Positions 41,705-55,098 are shown, counted from the first letter of the stretch. The stretch: DNA of 64,000 nucleotides from Candidatus Spongiisociaceae bacterium (GCA_965262915.1 OZ253564.1:1184001-1248000), one strand, 5' to 3'. Notes: generated by a model not told the origin, from the letters alone. Made by a program: numbers and translations.

Positions 41705-42020
41705 GTTCGTCCCTTTCGGGTGCCGGTGTGTTTGAGGGTACCGGGACGGTGTGACAGACGGCCGCCGGAGACGTTCAGCACGGCGGGTTCTTGGTCATCG
41801 GACTGGTTCGGAGGGTTGATGGTCTTCGCCGAGGCTGGGGTTGTTGGTTCTACTGGCTTGGGTGCCGTTTCTGTGGCGGGCTGTTGAACAGTTTATGGCC
41901 GCCGAGCTACTGTCCCGGAACGCTCGACGCGGCCTGGCTGTTCGGTGTCGGTGGCAACCGGCTGACACTTTCGTTGAATGTCGCGTAGGTGGGCAGGGCT
42001 CGGTGCGTATCATGGTGATC

Positions 42021-42803
42021 ATGAGGTTCCGTTACTTGGCCGGAGTGGCCATTGTCGGTGTTGTATTCGCCTTGGCGGGGTGCGGAGGTGGTTCCGACGA
42101 ACAGGCCGAGTCCGTTGAGCCGGTTGTGACTTCGGCGGCTGCAACGCCGATAGCGACAACCTCAGCCACGACATCCGTCGGCACCGCGGCACCAGCGTCG
42201 ACTGTGGTGGAGGATACTCCCCCTGCGTCCACCACGACCGGCCTGGTTTCGACGACCGTGACGTCGGTGGTGGAGGAAGCGGTGACCACTACGGTTGCAG
42301 AGACGACCATGGTTGCAGAGACGACCATGGTTGCAGAGACGACCGTGGTTGCAGAGACGACCGTGGTTGCGGAGTCTGCTGTGGTCGTCCCCGAGGGTCC
42401 CCGTGTTCCGGCTGTCACTCTTGAGCTGGACGACGGCACCGTCTTCGTTTCGACCGAAGCTACCAGGCCTGTTCTCTACCTGTTCTGGGCTGAGTGGTGA
42501 CCGGCATGTCGGCGGGAGTTGCCTGTCGTCGATTATTTGGCCGGTGAATATGCGGGCCGGGTGGATGTGGTCGCGGTCGCCTGGGCTTCGACGTATGAGA
42601 AGACGGCCTCGGCTGCCCGTGGTTACCTCAGGTCGGGGGCTACCCGCTGGTTGCTGGACGAGGACGAGTCGGTGTTTGCTGCCTTCGAAGTGGGGTACCA
42701 GCCGGTTGGGGTGTTTGTGGTGGACGGTGTGGAGGTGAACCGCTGGTTGGGGACTCTTCCCGAACAGGAACTGCGCGACGCCTTCGACAGCGCGACCGCT
42801 TGA
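42021..42803 (+). CDS. TlpA/redoxin-like lipoprotein selenoprotein (UxxC), UGA at 42498
   Basis: Lipobox LAGC, Thr-rich stalk, PVLYLFWAEW-UGA-PACRRELP, cis-Pro loop YQP; frame continuous to 42803. Confidence 0.85.
42293..42372 (+). repeat. 18-bp tandem repeat encoding VAETT(M/V) x4
   Basis: GGTTGCAGAGACGACC(A/G)T units. Confidence 0.85.
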
Positions 42804-43309
42804 CATCGGCGGCGTATCCCCATCCCATGGCATTCTCGATCATGGGTCGGTTGTTCTCTCTGGGAGACGTGATTGTCAGCCGCTCTCCGTTGTCGAGGCT
42901 GATGACCGCGACGACCAGGGGAGTCAGGCCGCCGAACGGGTAGGAAACGGTTACCGGCACACAAACGAGTGTCCTGCGACGGTGAGGATCCCAGGCTTCG
43001 TGCGATCCGGACCAGGCTGGGCCGTTTGCCATCTGAGGGCAAGCTATCCGCGGCAGCCTGTATGAGCACCCAACATCCAGACCACATCGACATCCGCCAG
43101 CGCGTTCGCTAGGTGGTGGGACCACTACCGGACTGCCGAGCGGACCAGACTGGGGCGGAGCCCGGTACATCGGCGGCCGTGGCCGCTCTGGAGCTAGGGC
43201 GGCCCAGCTCGGTACTCCTCCTCGAGGAACCGTGCAAACCGGAGCGGGGCAACTCCAATGCGGAACAGCACGCTCGCGGTCATGTTTCTCCCCTTCGGGT
43301 GCCGGTAGC

Positions 43310-43392
43310 GTACGTTGAGGGAGGCGGAACACAGCGAGGGGCGTCGATGGCTGCCAGGACACGGCGAATCGTTTTTCAGACAGACCACTAGC
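43310..43392 (+). promoter_or_regulatory. Conserved upstream cassette/operator before the LLM-VOC operon
   Basis: GGCGTCGATGGCTGCCAGGACACGG...GTTTTTCAGACAGACCACTAGCC, matching the reverse complement of 1716-1799. Confidence 0.65.
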
Positions 43393-43402
43393 CTGGCGTG
43401 AC

Positions 43403-44416
43403 GTGAACTCGCGATCGCACATCGGATTGTCCCGGGCGCTGGCCTCATCGACTTCCTCTTGGGCAAGGATGGTCAGGAGGGCCGAGGCAGCCGGTTTGGG
43501 TCAGGTGAACAGCGCCGATACGGCCGGCGCGGACTGCTTCGTGGATGGCGGTGTCGCCGTTTCCGTTTCCTCGTCGATCCGCCTCGGCGTATCGGTGGCC
43601 TTGCCCACCCGGTCTCCGCTTCAGACGGCGATCGCAGCTGCGTCGCTGGCGGACATCGCCCCTGCCCGGGTCACTCTCGGGCTTGGTATCGGTAGCCGGG
43701 ATACCAACGAGAACCGGCACGGGTTCGATTACGACCCGCCACTGGCGCGGATGCGGGATTTCCTTCGCGTGATCAGCGCGCTCCTGCGCGGCCCTAAGGG
43801 AGAGCAGGTTTCGTATGAAGGACCCCTTTACCGGGCCGTCGGAGCCGACATGGGTCTGGATTCCGAGGCACTGCCGGTGGTGCTGGGTGCCCACGGCCCT
43901 CGGATGACCAGGTTGGCGGCCGAGGAGACCGACGGCCTCATAGCCCACATATTCACCCCGCTCGAGATCCTCCGGTCGAGGTTGGATTTGGTGAGCCGGG
44001 TCCGTTCCGGTCCCTTCCGGGTGGCGGCCGGACGGCCGGTTGCCGTACACGAGGACCTGAGCGAGGCCATGGAGTTGGCCCGAGCGGAGCTAGCCGCTGT
44101 TCTGTCGATACCCCGCTTCCAGCCTCGCCTGGTGGAGCTACGCGGTCCGGAGGACGCCTCCGCGGTTCTCGAACCCCTAAGAGTCGCCGATCCGAGCGCG
44201 GCGCTGGGCAGGATCGACGACGATTTGGTGAACGAGTTCGTCACAGTGGCCGAGCCGGATCGGGTGGTCGAGGAACTGGGTGATCTCCCGGGGGTCGACA
44301 CGGTCGTCCCCGTTCCGGTAGGCATCTTCGCTCCGATTGTGGCGTCGAGGTTGGGTTTGGACTTGGGGAGATTCGAAGAGTCGCGGAAGGCCCTGATATC
44401 GGCATTGCTGGAGTGA
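43403..44416 (+). CDS. LLM-class flavin/F420-dependent oxidoreductase
   Basis: AEAAG, IRLGVSVALPTRSP, RVTLGLGIG, LGAHGPRM..LAAEETDG. Confidence 0.85.
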   Translation: MNSRSHIGLSRALASSTSSWARMVRRAEAAGLGQVNSADTAGADCFVDGGVAVSVSSSIRLGVSVALPTRSPLQTAIAAASLADIAPARVTLGLGIGSRDTNENRHGFDYDPPLARMRDFLRVISALLRGPKGEQVSYEGPLYRAVGADMGLDSEALPVVLGAHGPRMTRLAAEETDGLIAHIFTPLEILRSRLDLVSRVRSGPFRVAAGRPVAVHEDLSEAMELARAELAAVLSIPRFQPRLVELRGPEDASAVLEPLRVADPSAALGRIDDDLVNEFVTVAEPDRVVEELGDLPGVDTVVPVPVGIFAPIVASRLGLDLGRFEESRKALISALLE

Positions 44417-44845
44417 AGGAGAGACCGTGGTAGGCGCGATGGAGTACGTCACGCTGGGTGTCTCGGATATGGATGAGTCGGTTCGCCTGTTTCGTGACGT
44501 TATGGAGTTCGATGTGGAAACGGAGTACACGCCCTGAATCGCCCCGGGTTTCCCGGAGACTCGATTAGTTGGGAGATAATGGGGTATGGGACGACCGATT
44601 ATGTATTCACCGGAGGTGCGGGAGCGTGCTGTTCGGATGGTGTCAGAGCATCGGGGGGAGCACCGTTGGGAGTGGGCGGCGATCTGTTCGATCGCGGAGA
44701 AGTTCGGGTGTGCGTCTGAGACGTTGCGCAAGTGGGTGCGGCCGGCTGAGCGGGACAAGGGCGTGCGCTCTGGGTTGAGTTCGGATCAGTTGACCGAACT
44801 GGGGGAGTTGCGGCGGGAGGTCCGGGAGTTGCGCCGGGCGAATGA

Positions 44846-46977
<2,132 letters not shown>

Positions 46978-47268
46978 CAATACCTGTCCATCCGCTACAC
47001 CAACCGCCTCACCGAAGCCGGCATCTCACCGTCGGTCGGATCAGTCGGAGACTCCTACGACAACGCCCTCGCCGAATCAGTCATCGGCCTCTACAAGACA
47101 GAACTCATCCGCCCGAAGGGACCATGGCGCGACCGGGACCAAGTCGAGTACGCCACCCTCGAGTACGTGGACTGGTTCAACCACCGAAGACTCCTCGAAC
47201 CAATAGGACACATCCCACCAGCAGAAAAGGAGGCCAACTACCATCGTCAACAAACGCGAGTCCAGCTA

Positions 47269-48438
47269 GTGTCCTGATTCCTTAGTTTCTTTGCCATATG
47301 CTGCTAGAATATGCAGGTCAGTAGCAGTCAGTAGTGGGAGCAGCGTATGGAGAAGCAGCGGAGTCGTAAAGCAGTGGTTATCGAGCTGGATGAAGAGGAA
47401 CGCCAGACGCTCGAGCGGTGGATACGGCGGCGTAGCACCGCACAAGGGTTAGCGATGCGGTCTCGTATCGTGCTGGGAGCGGCCGAAGGCCGCACCAATG
47501 TGGACATCGCAGCGGAGGTGGGCTGCAGCGGGGTTACGGTCTCGAAGTGGCGGAACCGTTTCGCCCGGCGCCGTCTCGACGGCCTCTACGACAATCCCCG
47601 CCCCGGGCCGCCCCGCCGCATCGACGACGCCAAGGTAGAAGAAGTGGTGGTCAAGACCCTCGAGGAAACACCGAGAGACGCGACGCACTGGTCGACCCGG
47701 TCCATGGCGAGGGCCGTCGGCCTGTCCCAGTCGTCGATCCTAAGAATATGGCGGGCGTTCGGTCTCAAGCCGCACCGGACCGAGCATTTCAAGATATCTC
47801 CCGACCCCCAGTTCGTGGAAAAGGTCCGCGACCTGGCGGGTTTGTACCTGAACCCGCCCGACGCGGCGGTGGTGCTGTGTGTGGACCACAAATCCCAGAT
47901 ACAGGCCCTCGACCGCACCGCGCCGATCCTGCCCCTGTTGCCCGGAACCCCCCAGCGGCGCACCCACGACTACCGCCGGTACGGCACCACCAACCTCCAC
48001 GCCGCGCTCGACACGGCCACCGGCCGGGTCATCACCTCCATGACACGACGCAACCGCACCCACAAATTCCAGACGTTCCTAAACCTCATCAACCGCGAAG
48101 TCCCACCAGAACTCGACGTCCATGTCGTGTTGGACAACGCGTCGCCCCACAAAACCGAACCCATAGGGCGCTGGCTGCAACGCCATCCACGGTTCACGTT
48201 CCATTTCACACCCACCTACGCGTCGTGGATGAACCTCGTCGAGCGATGGTTCTCCGAACTCACCACCAAACAGATACGCCGAGGCACCCACCGATCCGTA
48301 GCCGAACTCACCGACGCCATCAACCAATGGACCCAACACTGGAACCAAAACCCCAAACCCTTCATCTGGCACAAAACCGCCGACCAAATCTTCGACAACC
48401 TCACCAACTATCTACAACGAATCCCCGAATCAGGACAC
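47269..48438 (+). mobile_element. IS630-family insertion sequence, copy 2
   Basis: Same TIRs and TA duplication as copy 1; removal restores the IS3 orfB end VQLAGLK*. Confidence 0.95.
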
Positions 48439-48441
48439 TAG
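47347..48441 (+). CDS. IS630 transposase
   Basis: Differs from 3156-4250 at three residues. Confidence 0.95.
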   Translation: MEKQRSRKAVVIELDEEERQTLERWIRRRSTAQGLAMRSRIVLGAAEGRTNVDIAAEVGCSGVTVSKWRNRFARRRLDGLYDNPRPGPPRRIDDAKVEEVVVKTLEETPRDATHWSTRSMARAVGLSQSSILRIWRAFGLKPHRTEHFKISPDPQFVEKVRDLAGLYLNPPDAAVVLCVDHKSQIQALDRTAPILPLLPGTPQRRTHDYRRYGTTNLHAALDTATGRVITSMTRRNRTHKFQTFLNLINREVPPELDVHVVLDNASPHKTEPIGRWLQRHPRFTFHFTPTYASWMNLVERWFSELTTKQIRRGTHRSVAELTDAINQWTQHWNQNPKPFIWHKTADQIFDNLTNYLQRIPESGH

Positions 48442-49579
48442 CTGGACTCAAATAAAACACCCTCCGGCAAACCCGGTACGGTTCACCCTCGCCCGCACTC
48501 CGTGCGCTGTGGGGCCTCGACGACGTTGAGGACGCCCGAGTGGTTGAGCTGTCCTGTGCCGGGTATCCGGTGGGTCGGCTCCGTCTTCTCGCCACCACCC
48601 CTCCCCGCACCATCCGGGTGCGTGACGACCACGGTGGTCCCGATACCGCCACCGATGTGGGGGTCAAGGCGATCGACTTCTACGTGCGGCCGCCCATCGC
48701 CCACTGGATCGAGACGCTGGAGGGCGCCGGATGCCGGGCGCGTTCGGAACCGATCCGTTGGGAGATCGGGACGGTGGAGAGCGAGGAGATCAATATCTCG
48801 GGTCCTGACGGCTACCCGATGCTCCTGATGGTGGCCTGGCGCCACCCGGAGGCCTTCCGCCGTGAATGGGATGGTGTGAATCCGTTCAGCGAAGTTGCGA
48901 CGACCTCGGTGGTGTGCGGGGATCTGGACGACAGCCGCTACTTCTACAGCGAGGTACTGGGACTCACGAAGTTCACCGACGATGAGGTCGCCGACGAGTA
49001 CCGGGAACTCGCCGACACCCTGACCGGTGTCCCGTCCGGAACGAGGGTCCGCCTGACCCTCTACGGTGCGGAGGGCGAACCGAGCGGGAAGCTCCTCCTC
49101 GTGCACTTCTACGAGGCGTCGGTGCGAAGGCTGGACGGCAGGATACGCCCCGACCACCTGGGCGTGGCGATGTTCACCCATACGACCGCGGATATCGAGG
49201 GAATCCATCGTCGAGTGAAGGCCTCGGGGAACTCGGTCCTTGCTGCGCCGACCGAGGTCCCCGAATACGAAGGACGGGTGATGGTCGCCGCCGGACCCAA
49301 CGACGAGCTGTTCGAAATCACCGAAGCGGTTCGCTGAAGAACCGTTTGACAACCCGGAAACGAGACCCATAGGTTTCTCGGCACGCGGGCCTCCCGGTTC
49401 CCGGCCGGCCCCCGACCTGTAAGTGAGGTATGGATCCGTCCCCAAATCGAGTTGATCCACGAGGTTGACTACATCCTCCGCCCGGCGGAGCTTCCCAGCA
49501 TGAAGGGTCCGGTGATCATCGGGATTCAGGGTCGGTTCGAGACGACCGATTCCTCGGCCGGCCAGGGCAGGTAGGCCGT

Positions 49580-51277
49580 ATGGACATCAAACGACGCTAC
49601 GTCTACGCCGGAGCCAGGAGGGTTCACTATCGGAGGGCCGGGACAGGTCCGCCCCTAGTGATGCTGCACGCCTCGCCCGGTAGTTCCTACGTTCTGGAGC
49701 CTCTGATGCGGCTCCTGGCCGAGTCGCGCACGGTCATCGCCATCGACACCCCCGGGTACGGGGAGTCGGAAGGTCTCGACATCGAAGAACCCGAGATCAG
49801 CGCCTTCGGGGCGGTTCTGGTCGATACCCTTGACGCCCTCGATCTCGATCGCTTCGATCTCTACGGAACCCATACCGGCTCGAAGATCGCGGTCGAGTTC
49901 ACCGGTAACAACCCGGCGAGGGTGCGGCGCCTGGTGCTGGACGGGATCGGTGCGTACACGCCCGAGGAACGGGCCGACCTGCTGGCCAACTACACCATCG
50001 ACCTCTCGCCTGAATGGGACGGTACCCATCTGATCCGAGCCTGGACGATGCGGCGCGACATGCACATGTTCTGGCCGTGGTACAGCCGCGAAGGTGACCA
50101 CCGCATGGCGATGGACATCCCGTCCACCGACGAGATGCACGACCACTTCATCGACTTCCTGCGTGCCATTCCGGATTACGGCAAGGCTTACCGGGCCTCC
50201 TTCCGCTACAACGTCTCGGAGGGGATGGGCCGGCTCACCGTACCTACCCTCATGATCGCCCTTCCCTCCGACCCCCTCTTCCAGTACCTGGCAGGAGGTA
50301 CCGACCTGGGAGATGACGTAACGGTCGAGACGGGCGCCACTGATCTGGAGAGGCTCGCAGACCTCACGGCGCGGTTCCTGGGAGAGGGCGAGCGACTTCC
50401 CGATACCGCTCCCGAGACGGCGCCCGTGCCCGTGGCCGGTTGCCTGCGGCGCCGCTTCGTCGATGTCTCGATCGGCTCCCTTCACGTCCGTTGGAGTGGC
50501 GACGAGGGCCGTCCCCTCGTCGTGCTGCACGCCTCGCCTACCTCCGCCAAGAACCTCGATCCCCTCACCAGGCGCTTCGCTGCGACGCGTCCGGTGATCG
50601 CCTTCGACAACCCCGGGAACGGGGACTCCTCACCAATACCGGGCGAGCCGGAGATCGCCGACCTGGCCGAGGTAATCGTCGAGGGACTCGACGCGCTGAG
50701 CGTGGGGGAGTTCGACCTGTACGGTTCGCACACCGGTGCTCATATCGGCATCGAAGTAGCCATCAGCCAGGGTCGGCGGGTATCTGCTCTGATCCTCGAC
50801 GGGATCATTCCCTACGACGAGGCTCAGGCGGTCGAGTGGTTGGCTTCCTACCCTCCCCCGATGGTTCCCGACCGCCACGGGGGCCATCTCATCTGGGCGT
50901 GGAACTTCATGAGGGACCAGGTGGTGTTCTGGCCGTGGTTCTCCCAGAAGGCGGACAGCGTCCGGCATGGTGCTTCGATCCCGGACGCCGAAGTGCTTCA
51001 TGACCGGGTCGTTGAGATGCTGAAAGGCGGGCGCACCTATCACCACCAGTACGCGGCGGCCTTCCGGTACCGGACCCAGGACCGGCTTCCGCTTGTCGAG
51101 GTACCGACTCTCGTGTGTGCCGGACCCACAGACCCGCTACTCGAGCACCTCGTCGCGGTTCCAGACATCCTCCCCGAGGCCGAGGTACTGGCCCATCCCG
51201 GTCTGGCGACCGAATCCGACGCCGATCACACCGTTGGCGAGTTCGCCCGGTTCCTCTCCCGGGCCGGTGGTACTTGA
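49580..51277 (+). CDS. Tandem (two-domain) alpha/beta-hydrolase-fold protein
   Basis: Both domains have LHASP, D.PG.G.S, LYG(T/S)HTG and FWPW. Confidence 0.9.
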   Translation: MDIKRRYVYAGARRVHYRRAGTGPPLVMLHASPGSSYVLEPLMRLLAESRTVIAIDTPGYGESEGLDIEEPEISAFGAVLVDTLDALDLDRFDLYGTHTGSKIAVEFTGNNPARVRRLVLDGIGAYTPEERADLLANYTIDLSPEWDGTHLIRAWTMRRDMHMFWPWYSREGDHRMAMDIPSTDEMHDHFIDFLRAIPDYGKAYRASFRYNVSEGMGRLTVPTLMIALPSDPLFQYLAGGTDLGDDVTVETGATDLERLADLTARFLGEGERLPDTAPETAPVPVAGCLRRRFVDVSIGSLHVRWSGDEGRPLVVLHASPTSAKNLDPLTRRFAATRPVIAFDNPGNGDSSPIPGEPEIADLAEVIVEGLDALSVGEFDLYGSHTGAHIGIEVAISQGRRVSALILDGIIPYDEAQAVEWLASYPPPMVPDRHGGHLIWAWNFMRDQVVFWPWFSQKADSVRHGASIPDAEVLHDRVVEMLKGGRTYHHQYAAAFRYRTQDRLPLVEVPTLVCAGPTDPLLEHLVAVPDILPEAEVLAHPGLATESDADHTVGEFARFLSRAGGT

Positions 51278-51279
51278 GC

Positions 51280-52236
51280 ATGGCTCGAAGCGGCGGCAGC
51301 CGGCTGGTCGCGGCCATGATCGGCACCGCGGAGCCGGGTCGGCACATCGACCTGTTCCGTGACGTGCTCGGCATGTAGGTGGTCTCCGAACAGATCCTGT
51401 CGGGTACCGAAGCGGGCTTGCTACCGGGAGTGGACGTGCGCTCGGCACGGGTCACGGTGCTCACCACCCCCCCCCCCCCCCCCAGCTACGCCGGGGTGGC
51501 CCTTGTCGAGTTCGATCCCGTCTCGGAGGTGGTGATCCGCGAGGGCATGCAGGGCATCGACATCGATGCCCTCAAGGTCATCGATGTCGTGACCTCCGAG
51601 GCCGAGGCCGGCTTCGTCCGCTTCGAGAGTGCCGGCTTTGTGGTGTCCGACGTGCGGTCCAGTTACGAGATCGAGGACGGATCCGTCACCGAGACCCATG
51701 CATACGGTCCCGAGGGTGTGGTGATCGGCATCCTGGACTTCCACACCATCGAAGCTGCCCGGTTCGTGGAGATCACCGGTCGGTTGTTCTCGGAGGCGAT
51801 GAGCGTGTCGGTTCCGGTGGACGACCTCGAACCCGTTGTCGAGTGGTACGGCCGGGTGCTCGGTTTCGATGTGGTACACCGATACGGTTTCGACGCGGAG
51901 AGCTTCAAGGACCTGGTCGGCACCGACTCCGCGGCCTGGAACGTCCGGGGAACCAACATCGGGCATAGCACCCAGGAGTTCTATTTCGGGGTCATCGACT
52001 ACGGAACGGGTGACACCCGACGGCGGTCCCTCGGGGACAGAGCCAGGCCTCCCAATCGGGGGATCGCCGGTGCGCTATGCACCGTCGACGACCTCGACGC
52101 GGTGATAACGGCCGCGGCTCCGCACGAGATGGTCACCGAACCGGTTGAGGTTGCGCTCGGGCCATGGGGCCGCACCCCGGCCGCCACCCTGGTAGCTCCT
52201 CACGGCATCATCCATACGGTGGTCGAGACCACGTGA
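51280..52236 (+). pseudogene. Two-domain VOC protein with in-frame TAG (51376) and a C17 tract
   Basis: ...LFRDVLGM*VVSEQ...; ALVEF, YGPEG, PPNRG. Confidence 0.75.
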
Positions 52237-53153
52237 GCCGGGGTTTTTCCCACGCGATCGTCGGAGTGGCCGACCTAGACGAAGCCGCCCGGCTATGGGT
52301 CGATACCTTCGGGCTCTCCGCGACCGCTCGCCGCGACGGTGCCGACGAAGCGCTGGAGAGCCTTTGGGGTCTCGCTCCGGGTAGTGTCAGTCGCCAGGCG
52401 CTGGTCGGACTGCCGGGTGAGGTGACGGGCCGGTTGCATCTGGTTGAGTTCACCGATCCGGCACCGGCGGTGCGTTCCGGCGCGCGGTCGTTCGATCTCT
52501 GCCCCAAGAACCTCGACGTGAGGCTCACCGGCATGCAGGAACGCTACGACGAACTGGTTTCCGCCGGATGGGTCATGGGCTCGACGCCGGTAAGGATGCC
52601 GGTGGACACGATGGAGATCTACGAGGTCCAGCTCAAGGGACCGGACGTGACCAACCTGTCGCTGGTGGAGGTGGTGGGTGACGATCTCCCGTACACGCCG
52701 CAAGGCTACGTGGCGGTGACCCAGGTGGTCGGTACCAATCCCGACAACCCCGCCGAGCGGGCCTTCTTCGAGGGGGTGTTCGAGTTGGAGCACCTCGACT
52801 ATCACCTGTTCGAGGGTCCCGAGGTGGAGCGGATGGTCGGGCTTCCGGTCGGCGCCAAGCTCGACATGCACATTCTGGGCGACCCCTGCAACCAGTTGGG
52901 CCGGATAGAGCTGGTCCAGTATGCGGGAGCGGACGGAACCGACCTCTACCCGCGGGCCCTGCCACCGGCCTGCGGTTTTCTCGGCGTGGGATTCGACACC
53001 GACGACCTCGACTCGCTCGTGGCCCGGGCCGGATCAGGAGGGCACCCCGTAGAGGATCTGGGAACCGCCGACACCATAACCGGAGGCGGACCCAGCGCGG
53101 GGGTCACCAGCCCGGCCGGATGGCGCATCGAAGTCCGCGAAGCTAGTGGCTAG
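52233..53153 (+). CDS. Two-domain VOC family protein (intact)
   Basis: HAIVGVADLDEA, GRLHLVEF, KGPD, GRIELVQY, SPAGWRIEV. Confidence 0.88.
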   Translation: MSRGFSHAIVGVADLDEAARLWVDTFGLSATARRDGADEALESLWGLAPGSVSRQALVGLPGEVTGRLHLVEFTDPAPAVRSGARSFDLCPKNLDVRLTGMQERYDELVSAGWVMGSTPVRMPVDTMEIYEVQLKGPDVTNLSLVEVVGDDLPYTPQGYVAVTQVVGTNPDNPAERAFFEGVFELEHLDYHLFEGPEVERMVGLPVGAKLDMHILGDPCNQLGRIELVQYAGADGTDLYPRALPPACGFLGVGFDTDDLDSLVARAGSGGHPVEDLGTADTITGGGPSAGVTSPAGWRIEVREASG

Positions 53154-53930
53154 TTGTCCTTCTTACAGAGGTGGTTGACGAGTCGGGTGATTGGTGGTTG
53201 GCCGTTTAGCACGCTGTGGGGTCTGTGGTGATTGTAATGGTCGAGGAAGTCGGTGAGGGCTTGGCGGCGGGTCTGGTTGGTGACATAGAGCCGCCGGTAG
53301 GGTCGCGTGAGTTTGTGGGCGGCGCCGATCTGGGTGAGCGCATCAGCGAAGGCTTGTCCGCGTCGGTAGCCTCAGGCGTTGTCGGTCATCACCCTGTCGA
53401 TGCGGCAGCCCCGCTGGGCGAAGGCTTGGGCAGCTCGCAGGATGAACGCAGCGCAGGCTTCGCTGGTCTGGTTGTCGTGGATCTCTGAGTAGGCGAAGCG
53501 GCTGTGGTCGTCGACCATGGAGTGGACGTATTCGTAACCGATCCGCTGGGTCCGGTCCGCTCGTGTCCGTCCATGGGCTCGCCAGCCTCCCCCATCAGGC
53601 ATTTTGCCCAGCTTCTTGATGTCCACATGGACTAGTTCCCCGGGACAATCCCGCTCGTAGCGGATGGGTATACCAGTGGGCCGGTCCAGGTCATGGAGGC
53701 GGGGCCAGTCCACGACGGCGGAGCACCGCGTAAATGGTGGAACGGGGCATCCCGAGACGCCCGGCCATCAGATGAGGACCATTCCGTTCCGCTATCCGGT
53801 CGCCACCACTCGGTCCTCGACCCGCGGCAGGTACCCGACTCGGGTTCTGATGAGGCCGCGACGAACGGTCCCACAGGCCGGCTTCGCCCTCCTCTTCAAA
53901 GCGGCGCAGCCACTTGTACGCGGGCTGGCG
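53150..53930 (-). mobile_element. IS481-family transposase remnant
   Basis: RYERDCPGELVHVDIKKLG, VDDHSRFAYSE, VMTDN, YNHHRPHS; stops and deletions. Confidence 0.85.
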
Positions 53931-54121
53931 GAGGAAGCGATGTCCATGACAAAGCGAATCATGCGAGCCCGACGACGTGCAGTTCGTGACCGGCGTTTTC
54001 CCGACCGACGTCGTGACGATCCGAGCAACGGGCGAAGACCGACGCCTTCTCGAACGTGGGGGAGTAATCGGTTCGTGAGGTGTACGGGTAGAAAAAGCAT
54101 CAACGAGATGGGAGGTTGGAA

Positions 54122-54378
54122 TTGGGCGAGGTGATTGATCACGAGAGGACAGCTCGGATTATCGATGAAGCAAAAACGGAGGCGTATCGGGATGCGAACC
54201 GGGATCGGGCGCTCGGTGCGCATGCCGTGGTGCTGGAGTGCTGGAGGCCCGCGATTGGGAGACGCGGGCGTTCATAGCCGCGGTGCGAACAGGAACGAGT
54301 ATGCGGGATGTTGGGCAGTGGGTTGACATCGACGAGGCGGAGGTCGATCGGCGGATCCAGGAGCTCATGGCTCGATAA
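54122..54378 (+). pseudogene. Small HTH protein frameshifted by an 8-bp tandem duplication (GTGCTGGA x2)
   Basis: GGAGG RBS + TTG; removing one unit gives an 82-aa frame ending TSMRDVGQWVDIDEAEVDRRIQELMAR*. Confidence 0.55.
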
Positions 54379-54462
54379 TCGGGGTCAGCGCCTGGGAAAC
54401 CCGAACCCCGAGCCCCAGCGGAAGGGTCCTCTGTTGCCGAGGGCAGCCCGCTTGGACGGCGG

Positions 54463-54789
54463 TTAGGACGCTCTGGCTGCGAGGATTGACGCCCTTACCT
54501 CACGGATCGCTTCAGTGTTCTTGGCAGCGGTTGCGCTGCGGATCAGGAACCAGTCGACGATCGTCCAGATAACGGCACCGCCGAGCGTGAGCAACTTCGC
54601 GACGCCGAGTCCGATATCGCCGATGTAGAAGCGGTCCACTCCCAGCCCTCCAGAGAAGATGCTCAGGAGCAGAGCTACCGTCGGATCTTTACGTTGGCGA
54701 GCATATGCCGACTCGAACTGGGCCTGCTCAGCAGGGTCAGGGTCCTTCTTGGCTTGTGTGGTCTCATGCAGTTCGGTCTGGATGGACAA
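54463..54789 (-). CDS. TM2-domain membrane protein
   Basis: K.PTVALLLSIF.GGLGVDRFYIG...KLLTLGG..IWTIVD; AAAGGGAG RBS. Confidence 0.88.
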   Translation of the reverse strand: MSIQTELHETTQAKKDPDPAEQAQFESAYARQRKDPTVALLLSIFSGGLGVDRFYIGDIGLGVAKLLTLGGAVIWTIVDWFLIRSATAAKNTEAIREVRASILAARAS

Positions 54790-55098
54790 GGTATTTCTCC
54801 CTTTCAGAATCGGGGCTTCTTTCATCGCGCCACCGACAACCCGACGCCACCAACCCGAACCGAAGGGATCCCGCCAGTTGCCACCGGTGCCACGGTCACA
54901 GCGCCCGGCGTCAAGGACCAGCGGTCGCCTCCACGGCACTCCCCATCACCTCCTGAGGCTCCACAGCGGAGGGAGTGACCGCCGTTTGATGGTCTCACAT
55001 GGTTTCCTAACACCCCACTGCTATTCTGAACACCCTGTTTATCAGGTATTTCTTGCTTCTTGCCGTCTCAGGCGGTACCGTCTAATCCCACCGATAAA

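Noticed and set aside
42804-43300. Protein-coding gene between the redoxin and the LLM operon
   Set aside because: No frame has a credible start, RBS or motif; probably a degraded remnant.
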